A DNA stretch of 57,171 bases from a bacterium (lineage in GTDB: Bacteria > UBP7 > UBA6624). The position numbers and the translations under genes were made by a program. The first letter of the stretch is position 1; every line of letters starts with the position of its first letter. This document shows, piece by piece, positions 27,924 to 36,803 of the stretch. The notes beneath the pieces are model-generated. The model was not told the origin of the DNA. It saw only the letters and a list, made by a program, of their open reading frames with translations, and did no database searches. The stretch covers positions 1 through 57,171 of the forward strand of contig JACNFQ010000052.1 of assembly GCA_014384545.1 (NCBI GenBank), in the 5' to 3' direction.

Positions 27924-29171
27924 ATGGAACCAGGCACAGCTCTTTCACACATCCTTGACCTCCTCATTATTCTGGGGGCAGCCAAGATTGGGGCCGAGGT
28001 GATGGTTCGGTTTAAGCAACCCCCCGTAATTGGTGAGTTGTTAGCTGGTGTTGTGGTTGGTGGTAGTGTTCTAGGGTTAATTCACCCTGAGGGAGATGTG
28101 ATTAGCACTTTGGCAGAAGTAGGCGTTATCCTCTTGCTTTTTGAAGTGGGGATGGAAACGGATTTGGGCGAGTTCGTAAAGATTGGACCACAGGCGATTC
28201 TTGTCGCTCTTATTGGTATCATTTTTCCATTTGGTTTAGGTTACTACGGCTCGTTGGCGTTGGGCTTGGGTGAAGGAAGCACGATGGTCGCCCTTTTTGT
28301 GGGTGCCGCTATGACAGCAACGAGTGTTGGTATTACGGCTAGGGTCTTTGCCGACCTAAAACAGCTAGGGAGCAAGGAAGCTCGTACCGTGATTGGGGCG
28401 GCGGTGGTAGATGATATTCTGGGGTTGGTTATTTTGGCGACTGTGGTAGGGGCATTCCAGAGCGGTGGCGAGATAGAAGCGGGTGCTATTGGACTGATTG
28501 CACTCAAAGCATTTGGGTTCTTTGCCGGGGTCATCCTTTTGGGCAAAGTCTTTGCCGAACCTCTGTTCAAATTCCTATTAGCGATGCGGGTCTCTGGTTC
28601 ATTAGTTGTAGGCGCTTTTATCTTTGCCGCCATCACAGCTGTAGCAGCTGAACGGTTGGCTGGATTGGCTCCAATCGTGGGTGCTTTTGCCGCCGGTATG
28701 GTTGTGGCAGATACATCTCACGACACAGTGATTCGCGAGCGGTTAAGACCCATCGGACTGCTCTTGATTCCCATCTTCTTCCTCTCTATAGGTGCCCAAG
28801 TGGACTTGTCAGCATTGGCTTCCCCCAAGGTTCTCATTGCAGGGGGGGTCATTACTCTATTAGCGATGGCCGGAAAGATTCTTTCAGGATGGGGGGCATT
28901 TGGGCAAGGCATCAACCGGTGGGTAGTGGGCTGGGGAATGTTGCCTAGGGGCGAGGTGGGACTCATCTTTGCGTCAATCGGCTTGTCCGTAGGGTTAGTA
29001 GGTCCTGATGTGCATGGCGTCATCATTCTGATGGTCGTACTCACCACTCTAATTGCGCCTATGGTTCTTACACGACTATTAGGCAAAAAGAGCCCTGAAA
29101 CAGATTTTGAGGATGCCGCGATTCTTGAATCAACCTCCCCCCATGTGGGCGGAGGGGATAATCCTCTCTAA
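27924..29171 (+). CDS. cation:proton antiporter (CPA2/Kef-type)
   Basis: 415 aa polytopic membrane protein. The N-terminus LLIILGAAKIGAEVMVRFKQPPVIGELLAGVVVG is typical of Na+/H+-K+/H+ exchanger family proteins. Confidence 0.85.
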   Translation: MEPGTALSHILDLLIILGAAKIGAEVMVRFKQPPVIGELLAGVVVGGSVLGLIHPEGDVISTLAEVGVILLLFEVGMETDLGEFVKIGPQAILVALIGIIFPFGLGYYGSLALGLGEGSTMVALFVGAAMTATSVGITARVFADLKQLGSKEARTVIGAAVVDDILGLVILATVVGAFQSGGEIEAGAIGLIALKAFGFFAGVILLGKVFAEPLFKFLLAMRVSGSLVVGAFIFAAITAVAAERLAGLAPIVGAFAAGMVVADTSHDTVIRERLRPIGLLLIPIFFLSIGAQVDLSALASPKVLIAGGVITLLAMAGKILSGWGAFGQGINRWVVGWGMLPRGEVGLIFASIGLSVGLVGPDVHGVIILMVVLTTLIAPMVLTRLLGKKSPETDFEDAAILESTSPHVGGGDNPL

Positions 29172-29195
29172 CTATTCGTCCTCTACAATAAACAG

Positions 29196-29561
29196 ATGAA
29201 AGGTCAAATCTATACAGCGATTCTTACAGGTTTCTTGGTCGGTTTGGTCTTTCCCACCATCACCATGATTCCTGACATCATGATGACGAAAGTCTCCGCA
29301 GCACTTGTAGGGCTCTTCGTCCCTCTCTTTGCGGTCTTTACTGCTATTGCCATTGCGAAAGCGTGCAAGTGGGGTTTGCCCCACATGGGCAATCTCTTTG
29401 TAATCGCCTATCTCACAGAGATGCTCCCCGTTCTTGGCCCCTCGTTTGGTAGGGCAGGCCACCTTTGGGAAATCCCCCTGATTGCCCTCTTGGGCGCTGC
29501 AGGTGGTGCATTATGGAGCCTCCCCTTCGGGTTGTGGAAGAGGAACCCCAAGACTCGCTAG
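29196..29561 (+). CDS. small hydrophobic membrane protein, unknown function
   Basis: 121 aa with about four predicted TM segments. No recognisable motif. Confidence 0.45.
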   Translation: MKGQIYTAILTGFLVGLVFPTITMIPDIMMTKVSAALVGLFVPLFAVFTAIAIAKACKWGLPHMGNLFVIAYLTEMLPVLGPSFGRAGHLWEIPLIALLGAAGGALWSLPFGLWKRNPKTR

Positions 29562-29636
29562 AGGGCTAATACTCTGTTACCTAGCCTTCTTCCTCTTCTC
29601 CTCAACTTAGAGAGGGCCTCCTCATTTGATGACTCG

Positions 29637-30281
29637 GTGATGGTGAGGCTGATTGTGGGAGCGGTTCTCGTCTTGGTAGCCGTCTTTCTCGTCCTTGTGA
29701 TGCGGGCAACGAAGAAGCGGAGGGAAGAGATGGCGATGGTGGCAGAAGCGTTGGGTTGGGGTTTTCAACCCCATAGGTTTTCTCTAAAGGGCAAACCCTA
29801 CGCCCGCCTGCCGTTGCTGCGGAGGGGGTCATTCGGAACCAACGCCCTCTTGAAAGAAGGGGAAGCCGTCTCTTTCTTTGATTTTACCTATGTGGTCCAT
29901 ACGGGCAAGAGTTCCCAGGCTGTCATCCAAACGGTCGCTCTCTTCCAGTCTGAGGGTGACCTCCCGCGATTCTCCCTAAGGCCCGAACACTTTGGGGATC
30001 GCATAGCGTCCAAACTGGGCTGGAAGGATATTGACTTTGAAGATGAAGAGGACTTCTCAAACGCCTACTTCCTGAAGGGGAAGGACGAATCCGCTGTGCG
30101 GAGCCTCTTCAACTGGCACTTGCGTGATCACTTGTCCAGAGAACAGGGATGGTCCCTAGAGGGCGAGGGGCACTGGGTGCTGATTTACCGCCATGGCAAA
30201 CGCGCTTCGCCCGGAGATTATGCCCGGTTCATAGAAGCGACAGAGACGCTCTTTGGCTATCTGGAGAAATCGACCCTCTAA
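29637..30281 (+). CDS. N-terminally anchored protein, unknown function
   Basis: 214 aa with one N-terminal TM helix (LIVGAVLVLVAVFLVLV) followed by a soluble domain. Coding-like composition. Confidence 0.5.
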   Translation: MMVRLIVGAVLVLVAVFLVLVMRATKKRREEMAMVAEALGWGFQPHRFSLKGKPYARLPLLRRGSFGTNALLKEGEAVSFFDFTYVVHTGKSSQAVIQTVALFQSEGDLPRFSLRPEHFGDRIASKLGWKDIDFEDEEDFSNAYFLKGKDESAVRSLFNWHLRDHLSREQGWSLEGEGHWVLIYRHGKRASPGDYARFIEATETLFGYLEKSTL

Positions 30282-30988
30282 TCTCTAAGTTTTCTCTGGA
30301 AGGAAAGTCCAGCCCATAAGGCGTAGCCAAGAACGAGGACCACCCCACTAAACCACGTAATGGCGTAGGGAAGGTGCGGGGTATCTCGGACGGGCAATGT
30401 CCATCCAGTAACAGGTAATGAGGGGCTAGGTGGATGCCCTGCGGGGTCTTTTTCTTTGCCGACAATAACTGACCAACCCAATAGCGACAGCCCCAAATCG
30501 GCTGCCATTTCCTGGGGGGCAAAGCCTCGCCAATGGTTTCCCTCTAGACGGGGATTACCTTTCCACGCAGGCAAGAACGCTGCAATCCCATCAATCCTGT
30601 CATTGGTGGGGAGGGCATCTAAGTGAGTCTCAATTCCCTCTTGGGGTAGCCACCCACGGTCAACCAAGATTGCGTAATCAGGATTACCACCCACCAAGAA
30701 TCGCATGACCACCCTAAAGCCAGGTTGACTACTTTCGAAATACCCCACCACAAGTTGAGGTTTTCCTACAAATTCACCCTCCAAAACAACCAACCTGCGA
30801 CCCCCTTCCATAGGGCCACCCCCCGCCAATACCTCCTCGTTCTCTAAGGGTAGCAGCGCCAGTTCTTTGTGGGCAATAGCAAGCAATTCTTGTTGTTCTT
30901 GGTGCCGCTCCCATTGCCACATCCCCAACGAAGAGAAGAGTGTCAATGCCCCCACAACGGCAACCCATCCCAGTACTGTTCTAGCCAT
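30278..30988 (-). CDS. SURF1 family protein (haem-copper oxidase assembly factor-like)
   Basis: 236 aa with an N-terminal TM helix plus LGMWQWERHQEQQ, then VDRGWLP and a C-terminal TM helix. This is the SURF1/Shy1 pattern. Confidence 0.72.
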   Translation of the reverse strand: MARTVLGWVAVVGALTLFSSLGMWQWERHQEQQELLAIAHKELALLPLENEEVLAGGGPMEGGRRLVVLEGEFVGKPQLVVGYFESSQPGFRVVMRFLVGGNPDYAILVDRGWLPQEGIETHLDALPTNDRIDGIAAFLPAWKGNPRLEGNHWRGFAPQEMAADLGLSLLGWSVIVGKEKDPAGHPPSPSLPVTGWTLPVRDTPHLPYAITWFSGVVLVLGYALWAGLSFQRKLRD

Positions 30989-31023
30989 CCGCCAAGCCTA
31001 ATCGGTTGCTATAGACTGGTGGG

Positions 31024-31464
31024 ATGATTCGCCGCGCCGTTCTTTCTGACTTAGATGCCCTTGTAGAGCGTGGGTTAGAGGCGGCGTCGGACAGTGAGGG
31101 GTTGGCTCTGGACGCATCCGTTCTCAAGGAGGGAATCAAAGGAATACTAACTGGGGAGCAACAGGGGTATATCTGGGTAGTGGTGGAAGGGGGAATCGTT
31201 GTCGCTACGGCGATGGTGACCTTCGAGTGGAGTGATTGGCGAAACGCCCCCGTTTGGTGGCTCCAGTCGGTCAATACAGCACTCTCACACCGCCGCAAAG
31301 GTCTCCTCCGACGCCTCTATGCCCAGATCCGTTCCGAAGCGAAAGCAGCGGGTGCCTGTGCCTTGCGCCTCTATGTGGATACGGAGAACACCACAGCTTG
31401 CCAAGCGTACGAGGCGTTGGGGATGGACGGCGACCACTATCGCGTTTATGAAGAGATGCTCTAG
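31024..31464 (+). CDS. GNAT family N-acetyltransferase
   Basis: 146 aa. V...HRRKGLLRRLYAQIRSEAKAAGACALRLYVDTENTTACQAYEALGM is the acetyl-CoA-binding motif A region. Confidence 0.8.
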   Translation: MIRRAVLSDLDALVERGLEAASDSEGLALDASVLKEGIKGILTGEQQGYIWVVVEGGIVVATAMVTFEWSDWRNAPVWWLQSVNTALSHRRKGLLRRLYAQIRSEAKAAGACALRLYVDTENTTACQAYEALGMDGDHYRVYEEML

Positions 31465-31595
31465 TGGATTGGGAACCCATCAAGAACGAGATCGTCTAGA
31501 AGGGGAAGCGTCCACCGTCCCCCTAGATCTAACACACACCAAGAAACAGCCGTCTATAATAATAGTTGTTCTCAGTGGGTCTCTTGGAGGTTGGT

Positions 31596-34500
31596 ATGAA
31601 TAAACGAGCAATCATCACCATCGTTCTCTTTGTAGTGGGGTGTGGTGGTGGTGGTGGCAATAATCCCCTAGTGAACGATAGAAAACCACCTACGCCCACT
31701 GAAGTTGCACTAGGGTTTGAACATGGGACACCAGGGCGACATATCCGGGCAACCACGATGGACGCTGCCGAAGGCTCCCTAGTTGTAGCAGATGGCGAGG
31801 TGTTGATTAGGTACAAAGAAGGCACACCTTGGTCAAGAATAGAGCGTGTGGTCCTGGCGTATGGCCATCTGATTGATGGGCATATCCCCGCCATCAACGC
31901 AATCAGGATTCGTCTACCGGAGGGCTTTGACCTTCAAGAAGCGATTGGCGTCTATGGTGGACTGGACTGGTCAACCTATTCAGCGCCTAACGGTATGGTG
32001 GAACTAGCCCGCACCTCAAACGACCCCCTACGGTACAGCCAGTGGTGGCATCAAACTGCAAACATTCCTACAGCTTGGGATACCTCTACCGGCGATCCAC
32101 ATCAGTCCATCGCCATCATCGACTCGGGCATTGCCAACACACACGCTGACCTATCTGGCAAAATAGATTCTGATCCCGGCTGGGATCTCTGGAACGATGA
32201 CGCTGAGCCTTGGGAGGAGTGGGGGGATTGCGGGTCGCTGTTCAACTATGGCCATGGCTCACACGTCGCCGGGATCGCCACGGCATCAAGCAACAACCTT
32301 CAAGGGGTTGCTGGCGTGTCTTGGGATACAAAGATCGTCTCATATAGGGTGTTTGGTCCTTGCTGGGGTAATGGTGCTTCGTTTTGGGATATCGCCACGG
32401 CAATCACGATGGCCGCCAAGAGACCTGACGTGGTGGTCATCAACCTTAGTTTAGGTGGCGAGGGGGCTGATGGGGTAATACACGGTGCTGTCAAGTTTGC
32501 GCACGAAAAGGGAAAGGTAATCGTTGCAGCCGCTGGGAATAGCAACTCCAGCATAGTGAATTACCCTGCCGGCTACCCCGAAGTGATTGCTGTCGCCTCT
32601 CTGGGGCAAAGCGAGTGCCGTGCTTCCTACTCAAACTATGGCTCTTGGATTGACATCGCTGCCCCCGGTGGTGAATCCAGTGTTGACAATGGCGTTCTCT
32701 CTACCTACTTTGATGGGATCACCTCCAACCTTTATGCTGGCTTACAAGGGACCTCAATGGCTTCTCCCGTTGTAGCGGGTATAGTTGCGCTCCTCAAGGC
32801 ACAACACCCCGAATGGGGGCCCGAAACAGTTAGGCAAGTACTCAAGCAGAGTGCTGACGCATCTATTTTCAACCTTGGGTGCAATGCCGGGTTCGAGAGC
32901 CTCCTAGGCGCAGGGCTAGTCGATGCTGCAGCTGCCATTGGTTCTACCGATATCACATCCCCTCAATTACAGGATGCGTTTCCTGTTGCGCCCGATGTCG
33001 TCCAGATGGTTTTCACCGAGAAGATGGATCTTTCAACACTTATCCCTGGGCAAGCTTATCTAAGGGTATGGGGAACCAGTGGGTTCCAGATACCCTCTTT
33101 GGTCCAGGTACTAGACAAGGGGAGGGACACAACCGTCTTGCTGACCTTTGATTCGCCCCTGCCCACCACGGAAACCCTCTATGCCGGCGCAGGTGCGGGC
33201 GTGACGGATCTTGCCGGAAATGCCTTCACAGGAAACGGGGTGGGCTTCGTCGCCCCTTCCGCACCTGTGAACTGGGCTTCTGCTCTTGAAAGCGCCACCG
33301 CCCAATCCAACTGTACCTTTAGTGGTGGTACAAGTGGGTTGTCAGGCATCGATGGCGATACGGCAACTGTGTGGGAGGGGTGTTCTTGGATTGACAATGG
33401 ACAGTTAGGTTCAACTTGCTTTATCAGTAGGTTTTCTGAACCTCGTTATGTGGGGCAGGTCACTGTGCATCTAGGTTGGAACGAGGATAACATGGGTGGA
33501 ATCGTCTATCTCATGATGGATGAGCAAGACAACCCATCTCTTGATGAATGTGACGCTGGGATGCTAGGAGAGTCTCACGTGCGCATCGGTGAGATTCCTG
33601 CTGGACAATCTGGGTGGATGAGCTTTGAAACAGCCTCTCCCGTCTATGCCCAAGAGGTTTATATCTGTTGGGTGTCAAGCGATGGAATGTCTTGTGCCTC
33701 AGACAAGCGCCCCACAGTCTCGGAGTTGGAAGCTTACACTGTACAGGTGCCAACGATGGAAGAGGGCTGTGTCGCGTGTTCTGTTCCAGGCCCCACCCCC
33801 ACCATTAGCCTTGTCCAAGGGGCGCTTGATCTCCGTCTAAAGTGGAAAGATATAAACTGGGCAAGTGAATACCGGGTTTATAGGGATGACGGGCTTGGCA
33901 ATTGGAACGCTGTAGCCACGCTTCCAGCTGGTACATTGAACTGGACTGATACCACTGTTGATCCAGCCACCACATACATCTATGCCTTGACCGCAGTGGA
34001 TGAAGGTGGCAATGAGACCACCTTTGGGCAAACTGCCTCTGGATTTGTGGTTCGAGGTGAGCAAGCCTCACCTCTTTGGGGGTCGCGCGCCGTTGTTCTT
34101 CATCAAGCTAGCGGGAAGCCTCGTCTTCCTTTCCAAGATGCGTATTCTTTTCGGCGGGTCAAGGATGGAGGAATGAACAGCAACATCTCCTCATGGTGGC
34201 AAAACAACATTGATACATCCACCTCAGGAGGGGATCTTGGCGTAGAACTGCGCGGTGCTATAAGTGGTGGGAACTTAGCGCTCTCCTACCTAGATGTAGG
34301 GCGCTTTTATGTGAAGACCTCCTACAACTTTGGGGGAGGATGGGTGCTGTCTACTGTTGACACAGGGGGGGCTAAAGCGAACGGGCCCTCGGTCGCCTTA
34401 GACAACAGCACCATCTTTGTCGGGTATGGGCGCGAAGCCTATTACTTCCTAGAGTCCAACGATTACTTGAGGGTAGCTACAAAGTATGCCGGCCAATCCT

Positions 34501-35090
34501 GGATTACACAGGCACCCGTTCAGGTAAATGGCCCCGTCACCACAAGCGCCCAGTTTGATTCCAAGGGCCTTCGCCATCTGTTCTATTCAGATTCGTCAGG
34601 CGGGTTGAAAGTGCTATATGACTGTGGTGTGTGGTGCTTTGAAACGGTTATTAATGAGGGTAATGGCGTCACTAGACCCCGTGCGACAGCCCTTGATGAC
34701 GGTTTCCTTTTGGCGTATTGCCAGGTAGGGAATTCGCCATCGGTTGACAGAATCGTTCTCGTTTGGGGGGGCGTTGCAACTACTTGGAACACAATCCAAC
34801 TAGGCGTGGGGGCTTCTTGTCGGGATAATGATCATTATGATGTTGGTTTAGATGCGCTTGGTCGTGTCCACTTTGTGGTTCACTTGCAGTCTGGCTCTGT
34901 TAGACACTATTGGAATGATGACTTGGGTGGTTCCCCGTGGTCTAGTGTAGATTATTCCTTCGGAATAGGTCATTTGCCTGGTGGGAACTTAGACTTGGAT
35001 GTGGGGGAGGGCGGTGTTGTTCATATCGCTTTTACGGATGGATATTCTGGATTGATTCACTATATCAAGAGTGAAGTTGGCCCCAACTAG
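31596..35090 (+). CDS. S8 (subtilisin-like) serine protease lipoprotein with very large C-terminal extension
   Basis: ATG 31596 is preceded by GGAGG. Lipobox LFVVGCGG. Catalytic triad AIIDSGI / HGSHVAGIA / GTSMASPVVAG. Downstream are an FN3-like segment (LRLKWKDINWASEYRVYRDDG...TYIYALTAVDEGGNE) and about 350 aa of repetitive beta-rich sequence. Confidence 0.85.
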   Translation: MNKRAIITIVLFVVGCGGGGGNNPLVNDRKPPTPTEVALGFEHGTPGRHIRATTMDAAEGSLVVADGEVLIRYKEGTPWSRIERVVLAYGHLIDGHIPAINAIRIRLPEGFDLQEAIGVYGGLDWSTYSAPNGMVELARTSNDPLRYSQWWHQTANIPTAWDTSTGDPHQSIAIIDSGIANTHADLSGKIDSDPGWDLWNDDAEPWEEWGDCGSLFNYGHGSHVAGIATASSNNLQGVAGVSWDTKIVSYRVFGPCWGNGASFWDIATAITMAAKRPDVVVINLSLGGEGADGVIHGAVKFAHEKGKVIVAAAGNSNSSIVNYPAGYPEVIAVASLGQSECRASYSNYGSWIDIAAPGGESSVDNGVLSTYFDGITSNLYAGLQGTSMASPVVAGIVALLKAQHPEWGPETVRQVLKQSADASIFNLGCNAGFESLLGAGLVDAAAAIGSTDITSPQLQDAFPVAPDVVQMVFTEKMDLSTLIPGQAYLRVWGTSGFQIPSLVQVLDKGRDTTVLLTFDSPLPTTETLYAGAGAGVTDLAGNAFTGNGVGFVAPSAPVNWASALESATAQSNCTFSGGTSGLSGIDGDTATVWEGCSWIDNGQLGSTCFISRFSEPRYVGQVTVHLGWNEDNMGGIVYLMMDEQDNPSLDECDAGMLGESHVRIGEIPAGQSGWMSFETASPVYAQEVYICWVSSDGMSCASDKRPTVSELEAYTVQVPTMEEGCVACSVPGPTPTISLVQGALDLRLKWKDINWASEYRVYRDDGLGNWNAVATLPAGTLNWTDTTVDPATTYIYALTAVDEGGNETTFGQTASGFVVRGEQASPLWGSRAVVLHQASGKPRLPFQDAYSFRRVKDGGMNSNISSWWQNNIDTSTSGGDLGVELRGAISGGNLALSYLDVGRFYVKTSYNFGGGWVLSTVDTGGAKANGPSVALDNSTIFVGYGREAYYFLESNDYLRVATKYAGQSWITQAPVQVNGPVTTSAQFDSKGLRHLFYSDSSGGLKVLYDCGVWCFETVINEGNGVTRPRATALDDGFLLAYCQVGNSPSVDRIVLVWGGVATTWNTIQLGVGASCRDNDHYDVGLDALGRVHFVVHLQSGSVRHYWNDDLGGSPWSSVDYSFGIGHLPGGNLDLDVGEGGVVHIAFTDGYSGLIHYIKSEVGPN

Positions 35091-35302
35091 AGACATCGCT
35101 TTCCTACCAAGACCTAGCGGGCTAGCGGTTTTGCGAGTAGGTGGACGCAAGCTCTGGCGTCCCTATCGCAGAGCCAACGCGACATCCCACTGGTCTCCGA
35201 CCGAGGAGATTCAAGAAACCAAAACAACCTAAACCCATACATCCATAGCCCATTTCTTCCGGTTGCGTCTGATGGAGACAGGTAGGGGATTGGACGATTC
35301 CC

Positions 35303-35659
35303 CTAGGTTACTGCAACTATTCGTCGGCGTATTCTCTTCTCCTTTTCTTTGGCCTCTTGGTCAGATGATGTCACTTCAATCTCAACATCTTCAAAGACAC
35401 CAATAACCTCTTGAAAAACGATCTCCCCATCTTCGTCAAGGGCAAGAAGAATTCTCTCTGCCCCGTCCACATCATCTGTTAGTTGATCAATTGAGGCATT
35501 TGTTACATCTGCTTTCTTCCAAACGTCACCCTTGACGATGAAACTCTCTTCTACCCCTATAACAAACCACTTCGATTCAGCATAAATAACCACATTGGTC
35601 ATTAAATCCCCGCCTGCACTCTCAAGTGCACGGTCGGCTGCCTCTTCTAAGCTTGGCAC
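35303..35659 (-). CDS. hypothetical protein
   Basis: 118-aa ORF with a GTG start and no signal peptide. Its acidic C-terminal half gives only weak support. Confidence 0.35.
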   Translation of the reverse strand: MPSLEEAADRALESAGGDLMTNVVIYAESKWFVIGVEESFIVKGDVWKKADVTNASIDQLTDDVDGAERILLALDEDGEIVFQEVIGVFEDVEIEVTSSDQEAKEKEKRIRRRIVAVT

Positions 35660-35774
35660 GCCACCTGGAAAAATGAGGATGGTGGTCTTGGTGTCCTTTC
35701 ATTATTGGTGAAACTACCTTAGTGTCCCTTCGTTTCAAATCACCTTGGTGTGATACTGTTCCAGATGTGGCTCC

Positions 35775-36137
35775 TTATTCGTTGCAGGTTAGAAGCATGG
35801 TGTGGACTTCACCGTTGGCAACATAGGCGGTTTCACGCCAGAAGATGCCTGTAGATTGGTCCTCGGCTCGCCCTGTGTATGTCTTTCCAGCACCCGTACC
35901 TATGAGAATAGTGTTGTGGACTTCACCGGGAGAAAGAACCTCTTCACCAGATTCGGTACCATCAATGAAAAAAGTAAGATTACGTGAACCAATACAGGTT
36001 GCAATATCTAAATGAAATGTCCAGTTTCGCGCATTGAAATCTAAATCAGGGGAACTACACCCAGCCGCACCAATCAACAAACCAAGAACAAGAAAACCCC
36101 TAGTCAACCCCCGCCATTCCATTCTATGGAATCGCAA
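35775..36137 (-). CDS. small lipoprotein, unknown function
   Basis: 120 aa with lipobox LLIGAAGCSS. Its start region overlaps the stop region of the upstream gene by 14 nt. Confidence 0.5.
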   Translation of the reverse strand: MRFHRMEWRGLTRGFLVLGLLIGAAGCSSPDLDFNARNWTFHLDIATCIGSRNLTFFIDGTESGEEVLSPGEVHNTILIGTGAGKTYTGRAEDQSTGIFWRETAYVANGEVHTMLLTCNE

Positions 36138-36648
36138 TGCGGTGCAACTCTCTGGCTCCGGTGGTGTTTTCTATCATTTCAAGGGGGGTGCTATCTAAAT
36201 CAGACACAGCAATCACAAAGTACTCCTCCCCCATATCCATGCCAAAGTCAGCTGTGTCAATACCAGCTCTTTCAAGTGAGATTTGCACATCCTTTGGTGC
36301 AAGATCATAGGCAGAGCCCGAACCAAAATCAATGACCATACCGAGAACCCCACCAAAGAGAATGTTACCTATAAGGTGAGGGAAAAAAGCATAATTCTTC
36401 TCGATGCGCATTTCAAAAGTATCGTATCCCTCTTTGCTGAATCGCACCGTATACGGAGCACCATCTCTTGCCAAGGAAACGACTGCGGGCATCTGATAAG
36501 TGCCAATCCCAACGACCTCAATCGTGACACCCGCCAAGGATGAAGAGAAATCCACATCTTGGGTGCGCCCGACGGTAATAGTCCTACATCCACTCAGTGA
36601 GAAGAATCCAAGAACAACTAACGCTAGCAAGAATTTGTAATGTCGCAT
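36124..36648 (-). CDS. lipoprotein with PEGA-like domain
   Basis: Start taken at ATG 36648 (MRHYKFLLALVVLGFFSLSGC lipobox). GVTIEVVGIGTYQMPAVVSLARDGAPYTVRFSKEGYDTFEMRI resembles a PEGA domain. A Gly-rich hydrophobic segment GNILFGGVLGMVIDFGSGSAY follows. Confidence 0.5.
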   Translation of the reverse strand: MRHYKFLLALVVLGFFSLSGCRTITVGRTQDVDFSSSLAGVTIEVVGIGTYQMPAVVSLARDGAPYTVRFSKEGYDTFEMRIEKNYAFFPHLIGNILFGGVLGMVIDFGSGSAYDLAPKDVQISLERAGIDTADFGMDMGEEYFVIAVSDLDSTPLEMIENTTGARELHRIAIP

Positions 36649-36803
36649 AGCAACCTCTTTTCCGACAAGCGGATTCACATTTTACCCCCACACCCCCCCC
36701 GTTTTGAGTGATTTCGTAAGCCAAACTGGTTGGCATCAGGTAGACAACTTCACAACACCCATTATCAGTTGGTCTCTTTCCTCAATGGGAAGGCAACCCA
36801 TCT

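Noticed and set aside
27924-29171. Possible link between this antiporter (the CPA2 family includes proteins named NapA) and the nitrate reductase cluster.
   Set aside because: This is only a name coincidence. The gene is a cation/proton exchanger, and an accessory nuclease gene on the opposite strand separates it from the nap genes.
34051-34070. T-loop-like string ggttcgagg, noticed while scanning for tRNAs.
   Set aside because: It lies inside the S8 protease CDS with no acceptor or anticodon arm complementarity around it. No tRNA-like structure was found in any intergenic gap.
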